Positions 43,331-58,657 of a DNA stretch of 64,000 nt are shown here, piece after piece. This stretch comes from Eledone cirrhosa (taxonomy: Eukaryota). Every line of letters begins with the position of its first letter. The first letter of the stretch is position 1. The position numbers and the translations under genes were made by a program. The notes under the pieces were generated by a model. That model was not told the origin of the DNA. It saw nothing but the letters and a program-made list of their open reading frames with translations, and did no database searches. The DNA lies in assembly GCA_964016885.1 (NCBI GenBank), contig OZ024742.1, positions 77,252,001-77,316,000 of the forward strand, read 5' to 3'.

Positions 43331-44767
43331 TCTGGTTAGTGTTGTTACAGTCACTGAAATTGTTTCTCCGAGTTCGACACAATGGTAGAGAAAACACAAG
43401 AGCCTTTGTTGTTTGAGGGGAGTCAAGTCTGACGTTGTTTCCCCTCAGACTTTCTCTCAAGCATGAAAATGGCCTATCTGGTTTCCATTTACTTATTCTT
43501 TATGAATTTTAATTTTCTTTTAAATACCCTTTGAGTTCTTACATTTCTGGAACGCATTCAGTCTATGAAAAACAAAATGGAAGAAAATTAGTTTGTAATT
43601 TCATAACAAGGAATAGAATTAGACGAAAACCAGCGTGTTTGCTACTCGTCAAAACAAAACCAGTTCTGAATCAAAAATGCAATGGACTTAGCATTAGAAA
43701 CTTATTGTTAACTCATTATCCTGCTAAACTATTAAAAACAAACTCCAAAACCCTACCTCACGAACGTGACATCAAATAATTATTTGTATAATGTAAACAT
43801 ATCGCTGAGGTGAACTTATATCTACATATTTAGTTTAAGACTATGGTTCATTTCTTTGTCATCTAGGACCCTATAAATGGCAGAAATGTCTCCTTGCATG
43901 TTAACAGTTGTAACCAGACAAAGAATGCAGCCTGGTTATAGTCAACAAGTGTTCAATTAATTTTTTTTAATATTTCTGGCATTGAACTCAAAAAGCACCT
44001 AACCATGCAACCCCTAAATATATAGGTATCTCCTCTTATTTTCGCAGGTGTAAGTGCGATATAAAAAGAATTCAGGGAACAATTGACATTGCCTATAAAT
44101 ATGAAATACCTGAATGTATATGTGTCTGTGTATTTGGGTGGGTTAATGCAGTGTATATTTGTGTGTATGTTTTCTTGTATGTACAGCATTGAACACTTTT
44201 TATTGTCATGTCTAAGCCTTAACCAAAGCAACATATTTCCTACCGTAAATTATTGAATGCTGCACGATATTTACTCAGCTGCGTTATTATAGCATTATTT
44301 ACAACACTTTCGACAGTAACAACAATAACAACCACCATCGACAGCCGTACTTACAGCAGACAGTTTTTTTGTTTGTTTGTTATTATTCTCCATTGTTATA
44401 TGTAGAACTTTAATCATGTTTATGGAGATTTACAAATATAATACATAGACCTGTCGGACAGGATGGAGAGCGCTTAATTTGGTTGTTTATTATAGATTAC
44501 TGATAAATATCTCCCGAAGCTCTTTGATGAAGGAGCATGTTCTTAATTTGCTAAGTGCCTTCACTGACGTCCAATGAAATCAATCAGCATATACGTGCCC
44601 ACACTAGACGCGAGTCTACGTATGCATATAAATATATATCCGTGTATGATAAAAGATATGCATATACACTCACATACATACATATATACGCACATACACA
44701 CATTCACACATTCACAGCCACGCACATGTACACATACATTCATTTATATATATATATATAAATATAT

Positions 44768-44848
<81 letters not shown>

Positions 44849-44851
44849 TAT

Positions 44852-44958
<107 letters not shown>

Positions 44959-45104
44959 TTTTGAGTTTATGTTGGTTGTATACCAACACCTCAGTATGCA
45001 GGCTGGAACACTCGACGAAGTGCGCAGGTTGGTTTGGTTACTCCGGAGTAGTGTAAAATAAAGTTAAATAAAAGTCAAATGATTAAAATTTAGCTTCGTT
45101 TATT

Positions 45105-45159
45105 ACTGCTATATATATTTCAGTGACAGCCATCTTTGGCTGTGACCTCTTCAGGCAGT
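45105..45159 (-). ncRNA. Minimal hammerhead ribozyme, family C
   Basis: ACTGC-CTGAAGA-GGTCACAGCCA(AAGA)TGGCTGTCACT-GAAA-TATATA-TA-GCAGT. Confidence 0.75.
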
Positions 45160-47170
45160 TTGAATTAGTATGGTATAGACAAGTACATATGTTGTTTAGG
45201 TGTATGATATTGTCAATACTCTGATATGCCCAGTTCCTTGTTGGGTTGTTAATTCACTGGGGAACTGGAGTCATATGAATTCAAACAAACGAATTTTAGT
45301 GTCACAGGTCGCCTTCTCCTCTCATTGGTCAGTTATTAGTGTTGTCATTGTTGGAGTTAGCTTAAAAATTGATAAAATGGTAGAAGGGACAAGGTGTTGA
45401 AGGAACAAAATATCAAAAAATGTGTCAAACTTCCCATTGTTCCCATTGTTCAGTTCTGAGAGCATTCCTCAGTCAGAAGTCTATAGAATTCTTTCTGGGG
45501 TGAGGCTCCCTGTAGTGTTTATGCCTGCTATTGTTCAGTACATTTGACCTCCACCATTATTTTGGTACTGTTGTTGTTGTAGTGGTCAGCTTATATCTTG
45601 CTGCTGCTAACAATTTAGAAGTATTCAGTTTGTGTTTTCTCTTCATCCCACCCGCCACCATCGTAGTGGTGGTGGCGGGGGGGGGGTTATTTCATGTATA
45701 TGAAGAAATATAAGGCAATAAATGAAGAAAACAGAAGATAAATAAATAATATAATAAAATAAAATAATTAATATAATTTGTGTAATTTGAAAATAAATAA
45801 ATAAATAGAGAATAAAGAATAAAGAGTAAATGAGAGATTGGTGAAAAAGTAATGATAATGTATATGGAGAAGTGAGAAATAATGTAGGATAAAGTGTGTG
45901 TGTGTGTGTGCTATAACCAATCTCAAGGTCAGAATATGTTGGATAGATTGGTATGATACAAGATGTTAAGATGAGATATTAAATGTGTTTGTGTTATAAT
46001 CTATCTCAACTTAAAATAAATATAAATATAAGGTTATACAGTGAAGAGGGCAGAAAACAAATAACAAATTAATATAGAGAAATCAAGATTTAAGATTGGA
46101 ACTTTAAAGTCAGAAATCTGGTAAATTAAAAGTGTTTGTGTTATAGATGTTGGCCAGATTATTATGGCTGTGTCCGATTCTGTCGCTAGGCTATCATGGT
46201 GTCTGCTCCGCTTGGGTTGTTCCCTATGGCTTGAGGGGAGTTCACAACCTAGGGTGTTGTAATTGTCCATATAGCTTGAGGGAGGTCTGGCCGAGAGGTG
46301 TTTTCATGTTCTGTAGAAGTCCCTATAGCTTGAGGGGAGTTGACATCTTCTTGTGTTGCTACTGTCCATATATTTTGAGAAAGGTCCCGGCTCTAAGGTG
46401 TCTGCATGTCCCTTAGAGCACACACACACACACACTTTATCCTACATTATTTCTCACTTCTCCATATACATTATCATTACTTTTTCACCAATCTCTCATT
46501 TACTCTTTATTCTTTATTCTCTATTTATTTATTTATTTTCAAATTACACAAATTATATTAATTATTTTATTTTATTATATTATTTATTTATCTTCTGTTT
46601 TCTTCATTTATTGCCTTATATTTCTTCATATACATGAAATAACCCCCCCCCCCTCCACCACCACTACGATGGTGGCGGGTGGGATGAAGAGAAAACACAA
46701 ACTGAATACTTCTAAATTGTTAGCAGCAGCAAGATATAAGCTGACCACTACAACAACAACAGTACCAAAATAATGGTGGAGGTCAAATGTACTGAACAAT
46801 AGCAGGCATAAACACTACAGGGAGCCTCACCCCAGAAAGAATTCTATAGACTTCTGACTGAGGAATGCTCTCAGAACTGAACAATGGGAACAATGGGAAG
46901 TTTGACACATTTTTTGATATTTTGTTCCTTCAACACCTTGTCCCTTCTACCATTTTATCAATTTTTAAGCTAACTCCAACAATGACAACACTAATAACTG
47001 ACCAATGAGAGGAGAAGGGGACCTGTGACACTAAAATTCGTTTGTTTGAATTCATATGACTCCAGTTCCCCAGTGAATTAACAACCCAACAAGGAACTGG
47101 GCATATCAGAGTATTGACAATATCATACACCTAAACAACATATGTACTTGTCTATACCATACTAATTTAA

Positions 47171-47225
47171 ACTGCCTGAAGAGGTCACAGCCAAAGATGG
47201 CTGTCACTGAAATATATATAGCAGT
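47171..47225 (+). ncRNA. Minimal hammerhead ribozyme, family C (mirror)
   Basis: Same motif on the plus strand. Confidence 0.75.
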
Positions 47226-47269
47226 AATAAACGAAGCTAAATTTTAATCATTTGACTTTTATTTAACTT

Positions 47270-47474
<205 letters not shown>

Positions 47475-48398
47475 TAAACGGAATAGAAAATGCTGACAAA
47501 TTGTTCACAGTTGAAAAATGGTTTAATTAGGAATAAAAGAGTATTAGTGATTGTATGGGTTAGTATTCAGTTGTGGTTTTAAGTTTTTAAGTTTTTACCG
47601 GTTGCGCATTTCTAAATGCTTTTCAAAAATAATTTTGAGATAGAGTGTCCGTGCTGTTTGCTCTGATCTGATTAGTTTAGGGAATTCTACCTGTTTTTAT
47701 GTTAAAAAAATGGCTCCAGCGTTATTTTTGTGTTGTAAAAATGCTTGTGGTCAAAACAATTTTGATTGGTCGGTAGAGGTCATGTGAATGTAAAAAGTTG
47801 ATTTTGCGCCAAGACTGTTTTTATGTTAAAATGTTAGAAAAGTGGCTCCAGCAAAAATTATGGTCAAAACAATTTTGATTGGTCGGTAGAGGTCATGTGG
47901 ATAAAAAATTGGTTTTGCGCCAAGATTGAGAAATGACTCTTTCACAACAAATGTGTGTGTGTGTGTGTGTGTGTGTGTGAGTGTGTGTGTAGTAGTAGTA
48001 GTAAGGTGTTCGATGCTGCGACAATAGCCACCAGCGATGTGTGTCAAATGGCTATTAAGATAAGTGTGTGTGTGTATGTGTGTGTGTGTGTGTGTGTGTG
48101 CGTACATACACACAGCAGAGTCATTCGAAGGTCAAAAGATATTTTTCAGCTTTTGTCTTATACGGAGAAGTGCGTGTGTGTGTGTGTGTGTGTGTATAAG
48201 TCTCTTTGTATGTTGATGTACGCGTGTGCATGTGTTTGTGTATATATATGTGTGTGTGTGTGTGTGCGTGTGTGGGTGGACCAGTATTTTTTTCCCCCCT
48301 GGTAAAATGGTGTACATTATTCGATTTTTTCAGTAAAATCGGTTCTCTTAATAGAACATCAACAATCTTAACAATAAAAGGTGTGAAATGATATTCAC

Positions 48399-48449
<51 letters not shown>

Positions 48450-48458
48450 TTTCACTAC

Positions 48459-48489
<31 letters not shown>

Positions 48490-48568
48490 TACATATATAT
48501 GCACATATATTTTTTTGTATTGCACCATAGAGCATGTGTGTGTGTATATTTATATATATATATATATA

Positions 48569-48761
48569 GCGAGGGAAAAGTGGTAAGGAACCAGGTGGAC
48601 CATAACGCACCAAAGTACTCAATACTTAGGGTAGTAGAGTGGGTAATAGGAGTAAGTAAGACCCCGACGGCTGAGCTCAAGCCGTTTCGACGGCTAATTC
48701 TGTACAGTACAGAATTAGCCGTCGAAACGGCTTGAGCTCAGCCGTCGGGGTCTTACTTACT

Positions 48762-48765
<4 letters not shown>
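48569..48765 (-). mobile_element. Short fold-back containing the 3' half of an HHR
   Basis: Palindrome 48647-48765; each arm reads GAAACGGCT(TGAGCTC)AGCCGTC. Confidence 0.7.
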
Positions 48766-48809
<44 letters not shown>

Positions 48810-49334
48810 CATATATACATATATATGTCAACATATACATATACAAGTGTGCGTCTGTGTATATACTGTATATATGTTGATATAGATGTACGTATATCGA
48901 ATATAAGTGTCCAGCAGCTTTAGAAATGCCAGATGGTGAATGTGTGTGTCAGATGTAATACATCAATTCTGCCATAGATTTGCAAACATGGCTACATAGG
49001 ATTGAATAGTGTAGGTTACAATATACGGAAGCTACTAGCAGTAGGGAAATTTTCGCCTATATTCTTATCTCTCTCAACTGTTGGAGAATGCTAGATTCAA
49101 GGAAATTGCTTCACCGGTCCCTTCTCCTTTATTCTTCTGCTACTGGACCTGATGCTGGGGGATGTTGTGTTGACGTGAATGCCACAGTCTGGTAGCAGCC
49201 CATTGCAGGTTGTTTACAGTGATGAAGTCTTATGTAAGCCAAATGTAATTTTTTTATCTAATTATAGAAAAGAATCGGTGCAAAAGATTGCCTCTATCCA
49301 CCTTAGACAAGATTCATCATGCATTATCATAACG

Positions 49335-49547
49335 ATGAATTGGCAGCATTGGTAGAGCGTTGGACAACATGCTTAGCGGAATAGAGCCATGGCCCTTTAC
49401 GTCTTGAGTTTAAATCTCGCCGAGGTTAGCTTTGTCTTTCATCTTACGTGGTCGATAAAATAAAGTTTCTGTAATGCACTGGGGTTGAATTAATCGATAC
49501 TTCCCTCTCCAAACATTGGTGGCCTTGTGCCTAAATCAGAAACAATT
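49335..49547 (+). mobile_element. SINE family 1 copy
   Basis: Colinear with 2817-3003. Confidence 0.8.
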
Positions 49548-49720
49548 ATTATCACGGTGCTTAATCTCTCTTGAAGGGCATCATCTAGATAATCAAGCGT
49601 TATGAGGTGGATTAGTGAATGTGAATACAGGACATAGACCTTTTTCCACTCGGTAACTAAATGGCCGTTATCTTTTAGAAGATGCTCTACCCTTTGTCAG
49701 GTTTTATTTTTAATCATCTA

Positions 49721-49811
49721 AGATATCAAAATATCATGTAAGATATCAAAATATCATGTAAGATATCAAAATATCATGTAAGATATCAAAATATCATGTA
49801 AGATATCAAAA
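49721..49811 (+). repeat. 20-bp tandem repeat, about 4.5 copies
   Basis: AGATATCAAAATATCATGTA at 49721, 49741, 49761 and 49781, partial at 49801. Confidence 0.95.
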
Positions 49812-50788
49812 CTCATCAGAAATGAGGTTTGCTGTGGTCAAATTTTAATTGCCGAAGATTTGAAAAATGAAGCGGATTGAACTGGGTGGTATGTAACCGA
49901 TAGCATTCGAAAGATTTCTTGCATCAAATAGATATAATATAAACATGTATTGTGTATATATGTATATATATAAATATATATGAGTGGTGTGTGTGTGTCT
50001 GTGCATGTATGTACTCTATATCTCTCTCTCTCACACTCACTCTCTCACACTCTCACTCTCTCTCTCTCACATACACACACACACAAACACACACATATAT
50101 ATATATATACATATATATATATTTGTGTCTGTGTGTGGGGGGGGGGGGGGGGACGTATACTTATAGACATTCAAATCAATATAACTTTACATATGTATAT
50201 TTCAAAATAAAAGATATTCCATTTACCCATATTCATATGTGCCCACATATATCTAATCGCAAGACATAACTCTGAACACCTATATCAGTAATCGAAGTGT
50301 GAGACTGCTCTGCAAGGAATCTTTCCTAGCTAGCTTTGTAAAATTTACTCTATGTATATATATATAATTCTCTATGTCGTATTTGTAGTTCTCATTTATT
50401 GAGATTTTCAGTACATCAGTAACAAATAACTTTCGATTTGATATTTGTTACTCCTTTATTGTTGAAATGATTGAGGTGATATATATCTGCTATGTCTGGC
50501 AGCATTTATACACCTTTTTGTTCTGTGTACAAACATTCACTTGCTTGCTTTACATGTAAAATCTAAACCATGTAAGTACGGCATTGGACGCTTTCTCAAT
50601 CTTTATTTATGCTTTCATAGAAACCATCAGCTGAGTTTGAAATTCTTGATTGATGTCTATCGTATATAATGAAATTGCTAATAAAACTGTAGTAAAGGTG
50701 AGATTAATTGTAGAACAGTTTTATTTTAGAGTGCTCTGCTAGGAACCTCCAAGCTAATTTTGTAAAAGTTACTCTTTCTTTCTCTCTC

Positions 50789-50887
<99 letters not shown>

Positions 50888-51089
50888 CTATACTTATTTT
50901 TTTCTTGTCTCTTATTCTACTGGAGAAAGCTTTGGTTCGTGCCAGATGCTCTGATCCCGGGTGAACAAGCAATACCATAGGTAGGGGGTCGAAACTACCA
51001 ACGTCCATTTCAACGGCTGAGGAACCTATTGTTCTGTGTCTTTCGTTTGTATATTTATTTTCAAAACATATACACACACATATATACAC

Positions 51090-51140
<51 letters not shown>

Positions 51141-51149
51141 AACCAGTGT

Positions 51150-51610
51150 GGTTGTTGAAGACAGCAACACGGTCAACTTGACCTGATGAGAGATAGCCTT
51201 TATTTTGGAAATAAACCGATGGTGGGAGAAATAATGCCACACCCCATAGGCCCATCCTATCCCCAGAGCCACTCCAGATACGGCAGTGATCTCTCTCGAT
51301 GAATTCCCCGCTGACAAGCTATCGTGTCCGCCGAATGTGATGTTGTAGTATAATAGCTCCCTAGTCAGCAGGATGGCTGCTTCGTGGCGAATGAGTGACA
51401 GGACATTCCATGAGGCAACACGAATATTATGACGCAAATCAATTTATAGTAGGCGGTGGGGCATTCAGGGTTGCGTTCCTATGTTGGGCTGTCTAGTTTC
51501 TTCAGGTTGGTTTGGTAGCAGATTGAAGGTTTATCTGGGTGGGTTGTTGGCCATCCGCAGAATATTCAGATGATCTGGCTGTCCTCTTGACGCGAGCCGA
51601 AACACCGCGG
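51150..51610 (-). mobile_element. RTE-like LINE 5' remnant (APE endonuclease N-terminus)
   Basis: IRVASWNVLSL...LLTRELLYYNI...SGVALGI. Confidence 0.6.
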
Positions 51611-52989
51611 GCCAATCACTGTTTCCATATAAGTATGTATAATCACTGTTTCCATATATATATGTACAATCGTTTACTTTTCCTTTAGTACGCAACCTTA
51701 AGAAATTTAGTTTTTTAATCTTGACATTCTATTCAATATGGATAAATTATATTCACTTAATACACATACATTAGCATCACTTTAACACCAACATTCGGGG
51801 GTAAACCACAATCACTATTGGCTAAGTCTATTATCTTTTCTACAGTATGAAACTAGCTTAAAATTACGCAGCGAAAAGCTACAATCAACCAGCACTGAAT
51901 TCATACATTTTATTTAACAGTGCAGTTGTGCACAATGCGTTTTAATTAACGTACGTAACTCCACAAATGCCTATAGATACGTGCGTTATATTTAAAGATG
52001 AATTGTAAATAATTTTATATGTGGTCATTTAATGCACTGGAATGAAGGAAAATCGAGATTACAATGCTAGGCATTTCTTGGGAATATGATAGATACATTG
52101 CAAATTATATTAATTAAGGTCACTAACAAAATCTAAATATATTATGTAAAATAAAACTTGAGTCAGTTAAATGTAGCAAATGATGTACAGGTTACAATAG
52201 ATATTAACTTTGAATACAGGAACTAAAATATAATATGAATGTACCAGCCAAATATAGTCCTGTCGTAATGCACTGATTGTAAAGCTACAAAAACTTTCGA
52301 CTTATAAAGTTAATTTTTAGTTCGCATTTGATGTACGTCTCCAGTAAATTAAACTCAAACGTATGAGTGATCATACACCAAATATAGAATGAATTAATCG
52401 ACAGAAAGAATTTGCACCATTATTGATAATTGCATATATTCTACATGAACTTAAAATCATACGTGGTATTTATACATTTTCATTTCTCTAAGTTGACATT
52501 TTATAAGTTTTGAAATCAAGAAATAGAATATGCATATATAAATATTTATCTGTCATGAAAAAAGTAACATAATCTATTTTGAGCTATGATTTCAAATAGG
52601 CATTATAAATTATTAAAATATTTTATAGCACCACAGGTGTTTGATATCTGATTGAGTTGAATTATAAAATGTGGAAGATCAATGCCATATTTCAGAATGA
52701 AATTCCTGATGTTTTTTAGGCAAAAAATATAGATTTTCAAAGAAAAAGAAAATTCCATGTCTCTATTTGTGTAACTTTGAATGTAAACATTTGTTACAAA
52801 TTAATCATAATGAATGGTTTGAAATATAATGATGTCAGTGCTTTACAGGGGACCACTGAACGAGCGTTCACGTTGCGGTCCCCATCAGTTGAGTTCTCTC
52901 ATTTACCAATCCATCACCCACGCTACACTACATGCTATAAGACATACGCCATACATAAGCTGCCAGATGTTTATCTTCATGACATACCG

Positions 52990-54130
52990 AGAGCCCAGTA
53001 TCGATGAGGCTTGTGGTCACAAACAGGGGTCCTTTTCAGGACCAGCTATGGACATTATCTCATCTGACATTGTAGGTCTCACTGGCACCAAACAGGATCA
53101 CTTGGTGGACCTATGTATCAAACACAGATGTGACACACTATGCCTTCCAGAGATACATCGAGGACTGTCTCGCATTCATCCACGAATTCCTGGCATGACT
53201 CTTCTTGCTGAGAGATCACATGACTAGTATGGAAGTATGACCTTCAAGCGAGGTGGTCTATGAGGTAACAGGTGTCTGTGACAGACAAAAAATGATATCG
53301 AGGTCCTCTCTATCTAGGGAATATCAGTGAGCTCTGTCTACATACCAATAACGGCAATACTCAAAATTCAGCCTGATGTTACCAATGGCCGCATCAACGT
53401 AATCTTAGTTGACTTTAACAGCCACACTATCTGGGATTATTCTGAAAATAACAAAGATAGGAATCTCCTGGAGAACTGTCACGCATACACGATGCACAGC
53501 TACCTCCATCCTTCCACAGCTCAAGGTGGCGGAGGGAATACAACGCTGACTTGATCTTTGCTACAACAATCAACCCGAATCAATGTGAGAAGTTTGAGCT
53601 TGATCCCATTCTTTATACTTAACATTGACCTATATGGTCTGAAGATGAATGCTGTCCTCTCATTTTGCACTACTCTCTTCATGCAGTGCTTCATCCTGAA
53701 TAAGGCTGACTGGATGAGCTTCGCAGATACTTGGAATCCTCCATTACTGACCTATCTGCTACTCCCAACAACTGCGACGCTTTCGTTGAGTTACTCAAGG
53801 CTTCCTCTAGGAAGACTATTCTTCGAGGATATCGCACCAACTACATCCAGGGCCTTTCCAAAGATGCATAGAAGCTTCATGAAGAGCACACATAACATTT
53901 TGAAGACGACCTCTTTGGTACACACACTTTGGAGTGCAGGATACCCTGAACAACTCTAACAAGGAGAGCATGCGGAGGAAGTTACAGGATTTGATTGAAA
54001 GTGCAGACATGACACATAGTAGTAAGAAAGCCTGGAAGAGTATATGGATATTAAGAAATGCCTAGGAAAATACCAAGGCAAGGTCTCAAGTTACAACAAC
54101 CAGGTCACCCACCAGTTGCTAAATCAGCCT
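52990..54130 (+). mobile_element. Vingi/Ingi-like LINE remnant, APE endonuclease
   Basis: CDTLCLPEIHRG..PRIPGMTLLAERSHD, VILVDFNSH, SFHSSRWRREYNADLIF across frameshifts. Confidence 0.75.
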
Positions 54131-54783
54131 AGGCAATCCAAGTAACCATTCTCAGAGGCAAAATCTGCTCAAATTTGACAAGATGTTTACATCTATGTTT
54201 AGGAAGTCAGTTCCAAATATTTTTTTTAAAAGCCACATTTTTTCAGATCTTCTTTAATATCGAAAAGAAAACCTGAATAATTTTTAAAATGATATTTCTC
54301 AACTAAATAGAGGTACAATCTAACAAATCTAAAACAATGTATGACGATTCAAGTATCTGTGAAAATAGCCACGGGAAAATAGTAATCTTCCGAAGAAGAA
54401 GCTGCCTACGTTTGAAATATTTGAAATCCATCTTAATAACAACTATGAAATCAACAGATAATCTTTCCCCTCTTTTGTGCGTGTATGTCATCCACTGTAA
54501 CAGAACGAATCACTTTCAGCGCAAGAAAAATAGATAGATGTTTAATCTGACATAATTATATATCTAGTGACATTCTTCGCCCTGTTTATCAAAATGTAAA
54601 AACGATTTTCTATGAGAGAACTGAAAATAAATGCAATGCAGAATACATTTTGAAAAAATATTCTAGCAACCGAATTTCCTTTCATATGACTAACGAATAA
54701 TATTCAATTTTACATTTGGCTGTTGATATTACTATGCATATTTATCGCCCTTTCTCTCTATTTCTCTTTCTCAATCCCTGTAT

Positions 54784-54892
<109 letters not shown>

Positions 54893-54940
54893 ACATATAG
54901 AAATATATATATATATAAGTATGTGTGTGTGTGTTTGTAT

Positions 54941-55021
<81 letters not shown>

Positions 55022-55372
55022 GTTTACATCCCTCATCCAGTTCTATTGCTTTCCAAAATAATATTTGCTGTTTGGTGAATTGATCAATTTCCTAATCATA
55101 TTTCCATCTCAGGAACATTTACATCAAACATCAGAGTGTTTTCACCTTCCCCATTAAATGATATTCCTTTTCTTCTGAATTCATTCGAAATTTCACCAAA
55201 TTTAGAAAACCATCTCAATAATTGATATGACCTATTATACCTTCATATCCACATAAAACATCATTGGAATAAAAAAAGGCAAATTCATGAATATATACGT
55301 AAAATAAAATGTGAGAGTTGTCAGCCATACTTCACTCACGCCCTCTCTCTCTATTTCTCTTTCTCAATCCCT

Positions 55373-55428
<56 letters not shown>

Positions 55429-56334
55429 TCATATATATATATATATATTCATATATATATATAGAGATAGAAATAGATAGATAGTCATACGTATATACAA
55501 TATGTAGGAGAAGTGTACATGGGGGAAGGAAAAGTAACATGTATGTGTGTAAGTAAAATAATATCATTTATTTGACCAAATCGTAAAGAGGTGTGTATTA
55601 CGTTAAAAAGAATACATGGCACATATGATAATATCTACTTATAAGCACACATTCACATGCAAACACACACATGTATTGACTCTCTTCCATTAGACAACTA
55701 TTACTCTGAAAGTAATGCGTAAATGAAATCTCAAAATTTCCCTTTCCACTTGGAACTTTATTTCTTTCAGTTGTACACACAATTGTTATTATAGAAAACC
55801 AATATTTGTGTCTTTTTTTCTTTTCATAAGTCACAAAAGCCGAGGCGGTCCTTCTTTTAGCAGAAGCATTAATGGCGTAAATGAAATGAAAATCTTTCAA
55901 TATATTACTGAAAATATGTCGGTGTCTCGCCTCACGAAAGCTTTCATGATGCTAAACACGCCCTCAACATATTAAAGATAAAAATCAATTGCTTTATAAA
56001 TATATATTGATTTTATTTTACTAGGCAGGAGAGATAATGAGTGGTAGTATCATCAACTTGATAGACCTTATATAATAGTTGTACAGCTTCTTTATACTAC
56101 CTACCATGAAAAATAATTGATGTTTCACGAGAGACCACCGGATGCAAATATCTCAAACCATACATTCGCATTCGTATTCACTTATAACTTGCTGTATTCT
56201 CAGACACCCAATGATATTTACATTAAAAATCAAATCAGTCCACCTATCAATGTATATACAAACACAGGGATTGCGTATATGAGTGTGTAATGTGTATATA
56301 TGAAGTAATATAGAATATATATATATATATATAT

Positions 56335-56586
56335 ATAGAAGTATGTATACGTACATAGATATATGTATACAGACGTACAATAGTATGTATATATATATAC
56401 ATACATGCACACATATAAATATATATGTACGTATGGATTCACCGAACATTTATTATAATGCTCGGTGTATTTATGAACAAACATCCCGTATTAAGCCATA
56501 CATGGTCTAGCAACCATCGTTGCTCGTTTGTTCAACACTGACAAAGGAACGTTGTACTAGTTTCAAGCTTATTAGCTATCGTCAAA
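56335..56586 (-). mobile_element. Family B unit with degraded HHR
   Basis: Reverse complement of 11262-11510. Confidence 0.75.
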
Positions 56587-58017
56587 CTATTTGAATTCCC
56601 ATAATTTTTTATATATTTTACATGCTGGTTGTTTAATTCATTCTTTTTGTATTACAACTCTTCTATCACACATGTCCAGAATATATTTTGTGACCCATAA
56701 TGTGGGTTTAGGTAGGCTTATACAAGAATCTCGTTAACTGCTTCTGTCATCACAATAACACACCTCGTGTGTTCTAGTCTAAATTATTTCTCCGAGAAGA
56801 AATTTTTAACAGTATTACCCGCCCATTGACACACATTATTCTGATAGCGGTGTCTTCACGTTTTTCAAATGTTTTCTGACATTTGATACTTTTCAACTAC
56901 AATCTGAACTTCCTTTGGTCATAGTCGTGATTACTAACTAAAACTGCTCCTAGAAATGGCCGTTTTCGCCTTGCTTTCTCCCGTTTTCAAGAAGTTTTAA
57001 TCAAGGTTATAATCTATTTGTCGCGGTGATCTGGTTGCGGGAACGCCAATTCTAGATACGAGGAATATTCGAAAGAATAATTTTGATATAACATGCAAAT
57101 GTTGCGAGGACAAGCTAAAGCATATACGAAATTGTGCATATGAAACTTCGGCTGGAGATGCCCATTTGCATATCATATCGTTGCAGTAACGAGTGAGTAA
57201 ATATTACCGATGACGGAAAAATCCAGAAAGAGATGTCGGTATTATCAACAGGTAATGAAGTAGCGATTACATGATCACTGATTAAAACATTGTTGGCGAG
57301 ATTCTTTTCTTTGATCATTGTGCATGGTATTGGCTTTCATATACACCTCAATTGTGGTTGATGCTGTGTTAATACTACTGACATTTAATCCTAGCCGGTC
57401 AAGTTCATACTCTGCACAAATGAGAATCTCCAGCTAATATTTCATATGCAACATTTCATATAAGCTTCAGCATAATCTTGTCTCAGTACCGAGTGAATAA
57501 TTGTGAATGATGAAGAATAAAATCTCAGAAAGAGTTATTTGGCATTCTAAAGGGCTATTGTGCTAGCTATAACATGGCAGATGCTTAAACAATTCGAAGT
57601 CGGACATTTGAAAATTTATTATACATAATCATCGTATATGTTTTCAAATATTTCTTATTTTTAACCAGGCTATGTTAGTGCTACTGATATTATATTTGCA
57701 TGTATATATATTTATTCCTATATATATTTCCAGTGCCTTAGATGATTACTCAGGTCAATGACATCAGCGCCATTCTGTGCTGAGTAATGTAGTACCTATG
57801 ACATAATCCCACACTTGAGGCCCACAGTAATCTACGTAAAGAAATAAGAGTGTAATGCATATTAGAGATAGTTACAGACACAAATGAATACATCTACCTC
57901 CAAATATATTTATGGTATATGCTGCATCAGATAATCATACACACACACATACACTCATAAACACACATACTCACAAACACATACACTCATGAACACACAT
58001 ACTCACAAACACAAACC

Positions 58018-58063
<46 letters not shown>

Positions 58064-58069
<6 letters not shown>

Positions 58070-58355
58070 GGAAAAAATGAAACGACATTTCATTTCTCAC
58101 TCTTAGTACGGCTGTTATTTAAATATAAGTATGTATACGTACATACATATATGTATACAGACGTACAGTAGTATATATTTATATATACATACATGCGCAC
58201 ATATATATATGTACGTATGGATTCACCGAACATTTATTATAATACTCAGTGTGTTTGTAAACAAACATCCCGAATTAAGCCGTACAGTGTCTAGCAACCA
58301 TCGTTGCTCATTTGTTCAACACTAACAAAGGAACGATAAACGGGAAAAAATGAAA
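58064..58355 (-). mobile_element. Family B unit lacking its HHR, abutting the PLE
   Basis: Colinear with 56335-56550 and 9415-9520. Confidence 0.7.
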
Positions 58356-58473
58356 CACACACAGACACCCGGGTGTGGCGCATGCGCAAGCTGAGCACAC
58401 AACACACACACAGAAACAAAATGGCGTAGGATAGAAGAAAGGAAAGGCACAGAAACAAAGAAAGGAATCCCCT

Positions 58474-58516
58474 GTCACTGAAGAGGTCACAGAGTGTGTG
58501 ACGAAAGGACTATGAC
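58474..58516 (+). ncRNA. Minimal hammerhead in the 5' pLTR
   Basis: GTCA-CTGAAGA-G-GTCAC(AGAGTGT)GTGAC-GAAAG-GA-CTA-TGAC; the 3' pLTR copy at 62540-62584 has TTGAAGA. Confidence 0.65.
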
Positions 58517-58657
58517 TATATATAAACAACTATCTGGTTGTGGAACCAAGCAAACAACCAGAAATGTATATGTTTGTAGATTTGTAAATTTATAAATTTA
58601 TAAATATATAATAAATTGAAGTGAAAGCAACTGGTGCGTGTGTTTCTTATTGGCAAC

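Noticed and set aside
49721-49811. Regular 20-bp repeat as a CRISPR array
   Set aside because: No spacers, no cas genes, eukaryotic context; it is a simple tandem repeat
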